Below are positions 27,818-40,161 of a DNA stretch of 64,000 nucleotides, one piece after another. The stretch is from Cirrosporium novae-zelandiae (Eukaryota): the NCBI GenBank assembly GCA_026023565.1, contig JAPETS010000051.1, positions 1-64,000 on the forward strand, in the 5' to 3' direction. Both the position numbers and the translations under genes were made by a program. Each line of letters starts with the position of its first letter. Position 1 is the stretch's first letter. The notes beneath the pieces were generated by a model. The model was not told where the DNA came from. It searched no databases and was given only the letters and a program-made list of their open reading frames with translations.

Positions 27818-28135
27818 CAGAATGGCGATAATAATACTTTGTACCAAAGTAAATGGTGGGGAAACCAAAACAAAAACAAAACTCGGTCCTTTTTCTAAGC
27901 CCCGAAACCAAGCTTCCATTCAACATTCGGTACTTTTTTTGCTAACAACAACAGCGAACCCCCAAGGCGAGGCATGTTCATAAAGGACCCAGTAAACATG
28001 TAGATCCCAACAAAAAAAAACGACTCCCTTTGATTTGATTTTTCGAACTTTCTGTTTGTTTGTTTGTTTGTTTTCGAGATACCAGACCAACCAACCAACC
28101 AAACGAGATCCTCATTCACTCATTCACTCATAAAA

Positions 28136-29496
28136 ATGTCAAAACTCGCGCCCCAGTTAAAGGCGCTTATTAATGCTTCGTTTGCGAGACCTGGGACCGT
28201 GCCGGCGCCTGGGGGTATTAGGGGGGTTTATGAGGGGATTGTGGAGGAGGCGGTGGTGAAGGGGGTTGGGATGAGGGGATGGTTGAGTTTGGCGGTATGT
28301 ATTGAGTATGTATATGTGTGGAATGGTGTGTGTTTGTGTGTGATGTGGATGATATATGAGAAGAAGAAAAAAAATAATGAAAAAAGAGAGACAAATGCGA
28401 AACTCCAATTGAAAATATGATGTATAAACTAATCAACGAATGCGTGCATGTGCGCGTGTACTTCCTCCAGACAGCAGCAACAATAACCATGAACTCGCCC
28501 GAATCCCTAACGGAGCTTTATCGAGTAGCGACGACGACAACGCTTTCTTCTTCTAAGGACAAGAAGCCATCGCCTGTATATACGGCTGAGTTTATGAGGG
28601 AGGTTGGACTCAAGTGTATTAGTTTTAATGGGGTATGTCATGTATGATTGCGATTGCGATACCTACCCATTCTTCTTTCTTCAATATCACTCTCCTTATC
28701 CCCTTACCCCTTATTTGTTTGATTAATTGCCAGCTTTCTTACTTTCTTGCTTTCCTGCATTCCCCCCCATAATATTTAATGTTTGAAATGCGCACATATA
28801 CTAAAAAATCTCCCGAAATCGGGAGGCCCTTTAATTCTAGATCCCCAGAACGATAAACTGTCTAGGCGCCTTCCGTGCCAGCTTACCCAGCGATGTTATC
28901 AAATCCCTCTCCACAACATCGACACGGTAGGTCACCTTCCCCCCTTCTCACTTACCCCCAACCCACGAACAAAACACACACACATACTAACCCCTCCCCC
29001 CCCCCCTCTTCCTTCCAGAACCCCCACCCCCACAAACATCCCCCTCATAAAATCCCAGGGCCTAACCCTCTGGAAATCAATCTACACCCCCCACGACCAA
29101 AAACTAATCCAAAAGCTCTCCGACTCCCACCCAGACCTCCCCGTTCACATCTTAAACAGCCATTATGGTGCTTTACTCTCTGATCCCCCCGGTAGGGACA
29201 CACTTGCAGGTGGGGATGGGCCCCCAGTGGGGAGGATTTGTACATCCGTGGTTGGGATTTCTTGTTTGAGAGCGCAGACGGGGGTGGGGTTGCAGGTTGT
29301 TTCGCATGTTTGGGGGTTGAGGAAGGGGATTGAGGAGTTGGAGGGAAAGGGGGAAGAGGTGAAGGAGACCAGATGGCTGGCGAGTGATGAGGGGAGTATT
29401 TGGATTTTGAAAAGTGTAGATGCTATTGTTGAGGCCATTGGAGAAGGAGTAGGGGAAGGGACGACGTTCGCGCCGGGGTTTAGGGCTAAGTTGTAG
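28136..29496 (+). CDS. AhpD-like / carboxymuconolactone decarboxylase-fold protein (Pxp2-like), 4 exons
   Basis: [13 protein letters not shown]...; [23 protein letters not shown] then [53 protein letters not shown]. Confidence 0.72.
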
Positions 29497-32281
29497 CTTT
29501 TTGGATTACCTGGGGTTTGCGGGGATGATGGTGGTGGTGGGGAATGTATATATCCCTAATATATATATATATATGCGTGTGTATTAAATAGATAGACCTC
29601 ATTTATATTTACATCCCTTTTATACCTTTTATACCTTTTATACCTGTTTGTTTATTTTAAGGGGGGGGGGGAGAGAATAAAAACAATACTTGGAAGTGAT
29701 TTGGTTTGGTTATATGATATATATACTTGAGGAAGAAGTTCCCTATATATATGTGTATGTGTATAATAATATACACATCAGATATAAAATGTTAGGATAT
29801 TAAACTAAAACTAAACCAAATTTAATCTCCTTCCTTCTTTCTTTCATTAAGCTCCTATTTTTTTTTCATATACAGTAAAAGAAGAAGAATTAGAAAAAAA
29901 AGAAGAAAAACTTCAGATTCCAGGACTCAAGATACATACCTCCATCTATCAATCCATCTATTAGATTCTATCTATCCCTTCCTCTCTGATTAAATCAAGT
30001 AAAATAAAGTGCAGTGAACTAAAAATTCATCTGATAACGTTTACTACAGTAGCATAGCGACAACGACATAGAAATAAATAAACAAATAATAGCGGTGAGG
30101 AGACATGGTTCTTTCGCTCGCATGTATGTATGTATGTCTGCATGTAAGAATAAATAATTGATTGATGAATTACTTGTACCGACTGCCTGTATTTATTTAT
30201 TATGGCTAAAAGATCCTTGTGAGTTTTTCGGAAAATGTGGTTTTGGGAAGCCCAGGGAAGGTGGGTTTGGTGGTGGTGATGATGATGGTGGCGGCAAATA
30301 GCCTGGTAACCCTTTATATATATGTGAGCTAATTATATATGGCTATATTAGACTTGCTCTGAAAAATCAGTAGAAACGAGCGATAGGAATTTTTTTTCTA
30401 TCCTTGTTTATCAAACTCGATAGAACCATAAATTATGGCTAGCCCTTCAAACCAATGTAAAACCGGCGGTATCCCCCCCCACAAAGCGTAGCTATATTAG
30501 AAGTAGCTTAGTTCTTAATATCCCCCTGGCGGCATTATTTTGTCTTTATCCACCTTCCTCTTCTTTCACTAACTGAACTCTTTAACTCTTTCGCTAACTA
30601 AGCAGCAATCCTCTCGCTATGGACTGCAACTACACCTTCAATTCCAATTTCACCATCACCACCGCCATCATATTATTATTTGCCACTCTTCTCCAATTGG
30701 CTATGGCTCCGTGCACTTAACTTTAGCTTAATGCCCCTAACTTTCCCTCGTGATGCCGAATAGCCCTAGTTTAATAGAGCGGCGGAGATTGGTGTACCCA
30801 TTCGCTGGGTCCCGAGAAGTGGTTTTCGGATACCGATTATGCTGTGCTAGGTGTGGAAGGCCGATGTTCGGGGGTTGTGGTTCGGTTAGTTGTGTGAAAA
30901 GTGAAAAGCGGTGGTCTTGTTTGGGAGGCTGGGATGAAATTGGAGAGGGGATAAGGAAAGGACATGCGAATGTGAATGTAAAGGATTGTTATGGTTTAGG
31001 AAATGTAGATGGATTTTGGAAAGTGAGATGAACTATGAGGGTAGCTAGATGGGATGATGAACATAGTGTGTCTCGGTAGAGAATTTAGAGGATCCATCCA
31101 CAGGGGCTTTAAGTTTATCGTTTGGCGGTTCACCGCACATGGCTTGAATTTTCTCTTGTTTTGGTGCTCCAGTAATCATGTGTCGAGATGGTGGTACAGC
31201 AACAAGTGTTTTTTTGGGAGGATCTGCTGGCTTCATGCAGGTAAGAAATCATAGTTAGGAAACTAGATAGCCTTCCAGGGTTTCTTTTCTGTGTTGGACA
31301 TTTTAGCCCTTTGATGCATGAAGGATGGCAAGACGGGGTGCACCAAAATCACCCAAAGCGAAACAATGAACCTCTATAGCTAAACGGGACTATGATCCGG
31401 ATTAACTACCCTGACATCTTCGTTCCATGGGATGCATGGCTAGCCATGACAGAAAGTGTCTGGAAGCCTGTGCGCCAACCGAATCACGGAGCTCATAATG
31501 GCTTGATCTCTTTGGCTAGGAAGGAGATATTGGAGGCGGGTTTGGTCGATAGTTAGTGGTGATCAACTTGGAGCATATCCATACACCCCTGGTCCTTGCA
31601 CCGCCTTTTTAGTATATCATGATTCACGTACCTTAACAAGAAAGTTGGTAAAAGCAATGGCCATTGAAGCGCGCCTGTTGTTGTTTTGCCGCTTAGCGAT
31701 GCGGGGAAGGTACACAAATGTAATATCCATAAACACCTACCTATCTCAGGCAGCCGCGATAACCCTAGATGTCTAGAATAGGAAGGTAGGTGAGTGGCAT
31801 TGGCGATTTACCATGGAGGGACCTGCCTTTTACTGTGTAGCTTCAACTGCCTACTTAAGATAAATAATCATCATAGTGACTTTGTGTGTTGCTGGTACCT
31901 AGTTAATAGTCGGTCGTGGAAAGAAAAGAATGATGGAGTTGGCTCCGCGGAGGATTTGCAGATGGGGAGGATCAGAGCCGGTGGCAGAATTGGTGTTTAA
32001 CAAGGGTTGAAGATCAGTCGAACTAAAGAAGGACCAATTCCAATAGTCAATGTTGATCACTCACCGGGGAACATTTACCCGTATGATGTTTTTTCCTTTC
32101 TTTTTCTTTTCTGTTTTTCATTTCTTGTTTAGTCAAATTAACTAGTTAGCGACGTTCAAGTAAAATGTGGAGTGGGTGAGGGAACTGAATAATTCAACCG
32201 AGCCAGACCGCAGAAGCTGACACAAGCTCATGTCATCGAGTACCTGAGAAAAACATGTAACATGTAACAGATCCCTGGCAC

Positions 32282-32399
32282 CCTTGACACCCCTTGACAC
32301 CCTTGACATCCTTGACATCCTTGACATCCTTGACATCCTTGACATCCTTGACATCCTTGACATCCTTGACATCCTTGACATCCTTGACATCCTTGACAT
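32282..32399 (+). repeat. 9-bp minisatellite (CCTTGACAT)n
   Basis: Eleven perfect copies at 32301-32399, with CCTTGACAC variants on the left and degenerate copies on both edges. Confidence 0.95.
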
Positions 32400-33443
32400 C
32401 CTCATCATCCTGGACTCGCCCCTGACCCTGCACACCATCTTCCACCTGGTTCCTTTCCAGGCTGTTTATTGTATACAACAATCATAGGCTTGACTGTTCT
32501 AGGATCTCAAATATCTTTATTTTTGAAACTTGACGCCCATTTCACATGGTTCAGGGGCTCTCTCGTCTGGAGACTGGCAGCTGTAAAAAGACGCGTGTTG
32601 ATGGAGACAACCAGAATCCCACTTCCTCGAGTTATGCAGCTTTGAATCCACCCCCTCTCGGTTGCCCCATAGTTATCTCGCTTGTCAATTCCTCTATCCA
32701 GTCCTCTTTTAAATCCAATTCCTTCTAGAAGGCCACGAGAAGAATCTAATGTCCAACAGACCTAACAAGGCTGAGGAGCACGAGTCCACTAAAGGAAAAT
32801 CCAACCTGACCGAAATTAAAAAAAAAAGGTCGATGAGAGGTTTGAAACAATGGGGGGGGTTGTGGGTGGAGGAGGGGGGCCACGACGTGGTTCCACTTGA
32901 GACTTTTGATCTTCATTGAAGTGACCCACCTTTTGAATGCAGAAGTGAAAATGAAAAAAGTTGTAAATAGAATGTGGAAGTTCCGACCAACCGACAAATT
33001 TAATTTATGAATGGCGTAAGTACAGGGGATTGATTGGTTGAGAGGAATTCATTGGCCGAACAGATTTTTCTTTCGCTTGGCGGGGAATTGTTACCCGGCC
33101 AAACTTCAAAGATTGTCTTTTCACCTTCTCCACGATTCTTGTGTTACCTGGACTGACTGATATTATCAAAAAAGTCAATTGATATAAGAGTTGATATTAA
33201 TTTCTTTGGGTTATTTATAAACATCTCCTAGCATTGAAGGAAACACAGAAAAATTGAAAAGAAAAACTCATCCAGGTCCAGGAATTAATTAATTAATTAA
33301 TTACTGCATAAAGTACAGTACCTGGGTAATTATGCAACTTCGGTTACGGAGCTTCGGCTCTAATTATTGTTGGATTGCTAGGTTCTAGGTACAGTTACCC
33401 ACGGTATCGTATCTACAGTATTGTACTGTATCTCGGAAACTCT

Positions 33444-33446
<3 letters not shown>

Positions 33447-33485
<39 letters not shown>
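33447..33485 (+). repeat. (AG)n microsatellite
   Basis: About 19 AG units. Other SSRs include (TA)n near 24713, (GAGT)n near 47860-47915 and (ATCCCC)5 near 43561. Confidence 0.95.
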
Positions 33486-33488
<3 letters not shown>

Positions 33489-34428
33489 CCCTGTCTTTCC
33501 ATCCCTCTCTCTCTCCCTTCCTCCATCTCATCCCATCTCATCCCTCCCTCCTGTACCCTGTGATAAGCGGTGTCCAACATCACCCTGCCCTATTAAAATT
33601 CAACAACAGAACAAAAGGAGTAAATCCCTGCTATTGCCATGTGTACAGCCCTGACTATCTTCAGCTGAATCGAATGTGCTTCACTACTACTCGAGTAACT
33701 AACCCACTAAATCCCCCCCAAAAGTCGCCTGACCACTCCTACCCCCCTTTTCCTTGGCTTGGCTCATGTCTATTGACTGAAACCTGAATGGATAACAGAT
33801 GGAAGGCTACCTATTTTTCTGATGGTTGCCTTCAAATCATTGGAATAATACCACAGTAAAAAAAGAAAAAAAGAAAAAAAAAAATCAACAACCCCTAAAA
33901 CCAACGATCCACCAAGCCTAACGTAGCCGTGATGGTGTCGTCTCCAATGATCTAATGCTACTTCCGGCACCAAAGCCGTCTCGGATATATCACGAGCCCT
34001 AAAGAAAGTGTGGAGTCTTTTATTTTTTTCTTCCACCCCCAACCCAATCCATCTCGAGACGTCATCGTAGCACACTGGGCTTGCTTTCCATGTATTGTTA
34101 ATTGTCAACCAAGGAAGCGGGATTGATTTCAGACATTGTTAGGCTCCTACTCGAGTTCGCTGTGCATCCCGCTTGTGTTTCATCGTCCCCTGCATAGCGC
34201 ATCCAAGGTACCATTGTGCCGGGATTCGAGAAGCTTTCTAGAAGTTCCGTAGAATATCTGAACTCTTTTGAAGATAAGAAAGCTTCGGTGCCTCCAACTC
34301 CACAGGTGGAACCCATTGTTTTTATAATTGCCTTTATTTCTATTTCCTTAGCATATCCTTCACCTTTTGCCACTTTGTTTATTTGCATCGTTCAATACCA
34401 TAATAATCCCTAGCCTAAGGTCGCCATA

Positions 34429-35342
34429 ATGCCGAAGATCCCCCGAGACGTGTGGGAGGAAAAAAAGCCGGAGATTATCCGTCTATATCAACAAGAAGGA
34501 TATCCGCTGAAGTTGTTGATGAGAACTCTACAATCAGAAGAATTTAATCCCAAGTATGACTCAAATTTCCTCTTAATCGGATGAAAAAACCAACAGCTGA
34601 TTTCGCTCTTGTCAGTGAGTCTCAGCTTCGAAGTCGGTTGAAAAGGTGGAAAATTACCAAAATTCGAAATGACCCTAAAAGCCCTACCGATCATTCGACA
34701 CAACCACAGGCAGAATCTCCAGCTGCCGATTCAATATCTCCCCATGATCAAGAATATTCCAGTCCAGAAACAACTCCAAGCCCTCAAGATTCGAGGCATG
34801 ATGCCCTGTAAGAAAATAGAAAGCCCATCTCTTTGGTTGCTTCATCCAATGACTAAACCTAGCCTAGTGCATATTCCGAATCGAGATTGCGACACATGCC
34901 CGCTACGTCAGGGATGACCCTGGAGCAGTCACAGGCGGCCCGTAGTGGTCACCGCGGAGGTCTTACCCACAGCTATGAAGCTTCACCGGTATCCCCATTA
35001 AACTTTGCGCCCCAGTCCATGTGGGGTCGGGCGGATTATCAGGGAAGCCTTCCGCCCTCGAGCCAAGGTGTCATTGGAATGGCCATGGCCGAGCCAACAT
35101 CAACCCTAAGTCCACCTGGATTTGCTTCCCAGGTCCCAACCAGCGGTTACTTTGTTACGAATGACCAGACCGCCACTATATCAACGACAGCAGCAGCAGG
35201 CTCTGCGGGACTACATCCTCAGACTATGCAGGGACCATATCAGTTCCAATACCAGAATTTTCAATACGGAAATCCATCCAACAACTCTCTATCACAACAG
35301 CCTCAGGGCTATGATCAATGGAAGGGAGGATATCTTCCTTGA
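34429..35342 (+). CDS. Clr5-domain protein (small putative regulator), 3 exons
   Basis: MPKIPRDVWEEKKPEIIRLYQQEGYPLKLLMRTLQSEEFNP, intron about 34554-34616, then SESQLRSRLKRWKITK. This is the Clr5 pattern (W..I..LY...L....KW...K) followed by a low-complexity tail. Exon 1 is absent from the ORF track. Confidence 0.8.
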
Positions 35343-36194
35343 TGTTTGCATCGGTTATGTCGGGAGCATAAAAAGCTACCCATGGATTATTGTATGATAT
35401 AAGAAAGACCTGAAACGCTTCATGAGGGCTCTTCATGATCTGGGGACGAAACTGGGTTTGCAGGATAAATTTTTTGACCATGGGTGATAGAGCATGACTT
35501 GTACATTATTACCAAAGTTTCTTTCATGTTTATTGGAAGAGAATAATGCTATTTTAATAGGCCTTTATTGAATAAAATATCCATTTACAAATCAAACTTC
35601 GCCCTTGCCATTATGTCAAAGACTAAAGCGGGGATAACTGGATTAACAATAATCCACCTCCAACCCCTTTCTGTAACCTTGACCGTAAAAAACCAAGCCC
35701 CTATTAATAAATGGTTTCAAACTGCCAGTAACTACTAAAAATTCATAACCCAAAAAGCATCTTGCACTATTCTCTCTTTTTTTTTAGAAATAGTCAGCAA
35801 TAGTCTAATCGCCCTTAAACCCTCGAAAAACGTCTCGATGCAACTTCGAGAATCAACCTGAAACTTAAGGTGCCATTTGTTGAGTTACGCTCATCCATCC
35901 CTATACCTCACACTGCTGTAACCCAATCCTCTTCGGTAACTCAACACCATTGTCGATAAAAATTAGTGGCTATTCATACGATGCTCGATGGCGATAATAG
36001 GAAGCGCTCAATATCCAAAGAGAGGTCATAGTTAAAGTGTTACGTGGATGAATGCGCTGGAGAGCGTGAGCTGTAGCCTGGAATGCTGTGGCTGAAAATC
36101 TTCCGACAGTCGATTGTTTTATTAACTCTCTAGGATGGATGTTAGGAGATGAGGAACTGTGATTGATAGGTAAGCCTGAACAGTCTGCTCAATA

Positions 36195-37497
36195 TCATCG
36201 ATTGTCATTGGAGGCTAAGTCTTCTGGTTTCTTTGCCCAGTATACGTATCTGCCCATAATTATTGCGGTCAGCTGGAAATAAGCCTATCTTATAGTTGGT
36301 GTACTTACAGAAGGAAGTAGGTATGTAGATTTGTATCCGACAAAGCCTTCCTCACATCAACAAGATACACCTCTGTTTTCTCTTTGCTCCAGCCCAAAAC
36401 CCTTGTGAACCCTGCCATGGTTGTCGAAGCGACATCTTGGTTTACCATGTTGATCCTTCCAATTTCTTTCTCAGCCGGATCATCAGACCAGGGATTCCAA
36501 GGCCATCTGAAAAGCTTCTTGTGGATATCGACGAAGTCAGCTTCTTCTAAATCTTGTTCGAAATGTGCAGCTCGCTGAGCGTCAACGCCGACGGCTTTGG
36601 CTGCGTCTAGCAGGTAGTTGCTTCATTCAGTGACGATGTTGTCTTCGGGGGTATGGTCGGTGCATTTTAAGGGTACTGTGAATTCCTGGCATTCGAGCCA
36701 TCCGCCAGGCTTCAGGGATCTGATGGTAGGTATCAGCGTATACCTATTTAGAGAATATTATGAGCATATACTTGAAGCAATTTCGGAAGTAGCCAGGCCA
36801 ATCTTTCCATCCGGAATATAGTGCTCGATCGTGTATGTAATCAAATCTGTCATGGTTAAACCTTCAGCATCACTCTAAAGCACATTGAAATGGTGACTGA
36901 AATAGTTAGCTGCGGACTTTTCATCAAACACCCATTCGCGATTGTCACTGTCCTCTACAATGAACGAGCAATTGGGAGGGACACTTTTAAAATTGTTAAG
37001 GCGATGGCATAGTCTTCTCAGTTGTATTATGGCTCACAATCTCGGCTGTATCGGAGAAAGATCTGTCCCAATGACCTTTGCAGATGGAAATTTGTCGGCA
37101 AACTCAACGGCCCAGATACCTGTTCCTGTTGCGACATCAAGGGCAGACTGGATATCTTCCTTAAGAGGAGCTAAGTGAAGTTTGTTTCCTAAAGTTATTA
37201 AGAAGGCTTTATGTTGTAAATCTAATCGGTTTTGCTCTTGCTCATCGTTTGGCAGTAGGTATGCCGCTTCTTCAAATGCATAGATTGAGCGTCTATTTTC
37301 TAGCTGGTGATTCTGATAGTTCTCCGACGTAATTGTCTCCGTGAGTGATTCCGCATCGGATCCAAGTGTTGAGTCAATTTCAACTGAGACCTAGGTGCAA
37401 GCGATAAATCGTCAGCCAGTTTTCTAAGATATGGGAACTATGAGAAGCTGACATTTCGAGCTTGGACTAAGCCATTGCCTGACGCTTCGGGTACCAT
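36195..37497 (-). CDS. LaeA-like SAM-dependent methyltransferase, multi-exon
   Basis: The minus-strand translation gives YLLPNDEQEQNRLDLQH, ALDVATGTGIWAVEFADKFPSAKVIGTDLSPIQP then VPPNCSF, LKPGGWLECQE and KLFRWPWNPW, ending YVYWAKKPEDLASNDNR*. It is not in the ORF track because it is split by introns. Confidence 0.88.
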
Positions 37498-37970
37498 TCC
37501 GAGGGTATAGAAAAACTACAATCAGTGCTAAGAGAATATTCTCTATTAAATTGAATGAATGAGAAAAATACTCATGCTCTATGGAACTGTTAGCTTGATT
37601 ATCTTCATATTCAGAACCATTGCGGTCACGGAAAAAAATGCGGAAAACGGAGTATTAATCACTGATCTAATCACATGCCGCAAACTAGGAATAGCTGATT
37701 GCTCTTCGTAACGAATATAGAGAAAGACCTACGCTTTTCGTTTTTGACACTTTAGTGCATTATATCTTTGGATAAAAATGAAAATGAAAGAGACCAGACC
37801 CAGAAAAGTGACTTTGGGGAGGCCTTCAAATCGAGATTTTATTAAAAATCGGTTTTGTTTGGGCAAAATCACTCCGAATCGTCTCGACGTGAGCCGCTAC
37901 CATCAAAGGTTCTTCTTGCCAGTGGTTGAACAATTTTTCGACTAATCGTGTTCATTTTTGCACCCAAGTC

Positions 37971-39539
37971 TCATCGGCCAGAAGTTATTGTCGAAGACTT
38001 GCAAAATGCACATTGCTTATGGTTACACATATAACAGGAATTTACCATAAGATTTGGCATGAGGGTTTCTCCACAGCTGCAACAGGTCCAATAACGTCTT
38101 CCTTTTACGTTATAGATCCTAGTAGGTGAATTGTAGTTAGTCGGTTCAACTTTAGGTTTTTGAATTTCCTGCGTTTTGAATTGCTGCGATGTTTCATCTC
38201 CTGAAATAGCCAAAGATGTTGAAGCTTGGTCTAGAATAGGACTCGATTTATGTTCGGATTTTTGCACTTCCGGAGTGTTAAATTGTTGCGATATTTCATC
38301 GACGCATGTTTGAATATTTTTTCCTCGATTGTCTGTTGCTTGGGATTCAGATTCCATAACGCTGGATTCCTGGTCATTTCGCGAGGAGATCTTTGATTCA
38401 TTTTCCGGGATTGAATACCCTCCATTTACATCATCGTCGTCGTCACGTCTACGTGGGAGTACAAAAAGCGCAAGTTCTTCTAAATGCCTTGCTAGATGTC
38501 GTTTTAAGTGTAGAGTTGAAGTAGAAGGTGTCTTACATAATGGACATGCCTGAGGGAACGCGCCTGCATCGTGCACATCGCTCTCATGACTGAACCATTC
38601 ATGCCTGCTACCATACAGCTTGTCAGGTATCGGGCAATTTAGATACACAAAAATATATGGGAAGATATCATCATGGAAAATATGTCTAGCCCAAGACCGT
38701 TGTGATGTGATAGTAATCAAATGAAAGCAATAGGGGCATTCGAATAGCTTTCCGCTTGCAGAAGCTCCAGGAGGTGGCAGTAGAGCAATGGGATGCCGCG
38801 AACTCCGAAGGGATGTTGAAGACGAAGTCTGCGAATGGCCCGAACTGGACGTGCTATCCTCAGTGTCAAGCTTCAATCCATCGAATGCTGTTGCCATTGT
38901 TTCAGACAGCTCCGGAACAGCACCATCTAAGCCTGAAGCTAATTCATCATGATGGTTCTCAAGATACTGGAGATAGCACTTCCTTCTTGTCAAAGCCTTG
39001 CCTAATCGCGTTGCAAGCGTATTATCAATACCTGGATATTTCTCTTGGATATGGTTAATATATGAATGGTTGAAAACTTGGTCATTAGAGGACGTCGAGT
39101 TCATCAATCTGTCATAATGGGCAATAGGCTTCCGAATCAAGGTTGACATCTGATATAGAGAGTCGACTCTCTTAACGACCTCTTCGTGTATTTCCTTGAA
39201 CTCGCTTTGCTCTTCGGAATTTAAGGAGCCATTTTCATCCCATGGGACACTATTATTATTTAACAGACCTGATACATCCTGTAAGAAGTCACGAAGATCC
39301 TCTAGTAGAAGTATAATCTGCCCTTTGACTTCGAAGGCTTCCCACAGCCTATAATCCAAAGAGGATTGACCTCTTTTGTGGGCCCTGACGTTGGCTGCCC
39401 ATACTCGAATCCTTCCTAATTCATCTCCCCAAAAAGAGTCCGAAACATTTCTGTCTGTTTCATGATCATGTATATGTTTTAGCAAGCCACTGAAAACCTC
39501 CAGAACAGCCAAAAGTGATCCCGCTATTGTTTTAACCAT
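37971..39539 (-). CDS. Fungal helical N-terminal domain plus C2H2-like zinc fingers and a C-terminal Cys-rich ribbon
   Basis: Intronless 522 aa. Motifs: DELGRIRVWAANVRAH...SSLDYRL; LGKALTRRK; FECPYCF...WARHIFHDD; CPLC...HLARHLEELALFVLP; tail WTCCSCG...CYMCNHKQCAFC. Confidence 0.78.
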   Translation of the reverse strand: MVKTIAGSLLAVLEVFSGLLKHIHDHETDRNVSDSFWGDELGRIRVWAANVRAHKRGQSSLDYRLWEAFEVKGQIILLLEDLRDFLQDVSGLLNNNSVPWDENGSLNSEEQSEFKEIHEEVVKRVDSLYQMSTLIRKPIAHYDRLMNSTSSNDQVFNHSYINHIQEKYPGIDNTLATRLGKALTRRKCYLQYLENHHDELASGLDGAVPELSETMATAFDGLKLDTEDSTSSSGHSQTSSSTSLRSSRHPIALLPPPGASASGKLFECPYCFHLITITSQRSWARHIFHDDIFPYIFVYLNCPIPDKLYGSRHEWFSHESDVHDAGAFPQACPLCKTPSTSTLHLKRHLARHLEELALFVLPRRRDDDDDVNGGYSIPENESKISSRNDQESSVMESESQATDNRGKNIQTCVDEISQQFNTPEVQKSEHKSSPILDQASTSLAISGDETSQQFKTQEIQKPKVEPTNYNSPTRIYNVKGRRYWTCCSCGETLMPNLMVNSCYMCNHKQCAFCKSSTITSGR

Positions 39540-40161
39540 CTTTGTGTTGGTGTTTTCAGTAATGAGTCTGTCTTAGCTATTACAAATTCTGTTGATATCG
39601 GTCATGCTATTATGGCAGGTCTCATAAGGTCTTGGATAAAATAATTTCAGGGTTATTATTTAGGTGAAACTATGGGTCGTGTCAAATCCGATATGAGAAG
39701 TTCTAATCACCAAGTATTAATAATAGGTCAGCTAAGTTAAACTCGGTATGACTACTAGAAGATTTGAGGATTTAATATACTTACATTTTCTGTTCACCTA
39801 ACATGTACTATCACCAGTTATAGCCTGTCTTTATCTTGAGCTGACTATAAAATAGTCATATAAGAAATAGAGCTAAGCTGAGAACTTGGGCTACTCACAT
39901 AAAGGTTAAGATATTGAGCATCAAGTCGTCATGGGATCAGGCTCTCAGCTTTGTTCCTACCTATTAGGAAGGGTTGTGGTTCACAAGTCGTAACACTTGA
40001 TATGCAGCTCTAATGAACCCCGCAATGGAGGTAAGGCTGAGTCTATATGTATCTCGTAAATATTTTTATTAGTATATAATTTAGAAATTCCCAACAATTA
40101 TTACCTCTAGCATTTAGGTAAGTGATTATTCGAGTGCGATTAGTGTTACTTTCTATTCATT

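Noticed and set aside
32142..32487. Repetitive ORFs (MSR, DVK, ILD repeats) or a CRISPR-like array
   Set aside because: These are artefacts of the 9-bp tandem repeat. There are no spacers and the DNA is eukaryotic.
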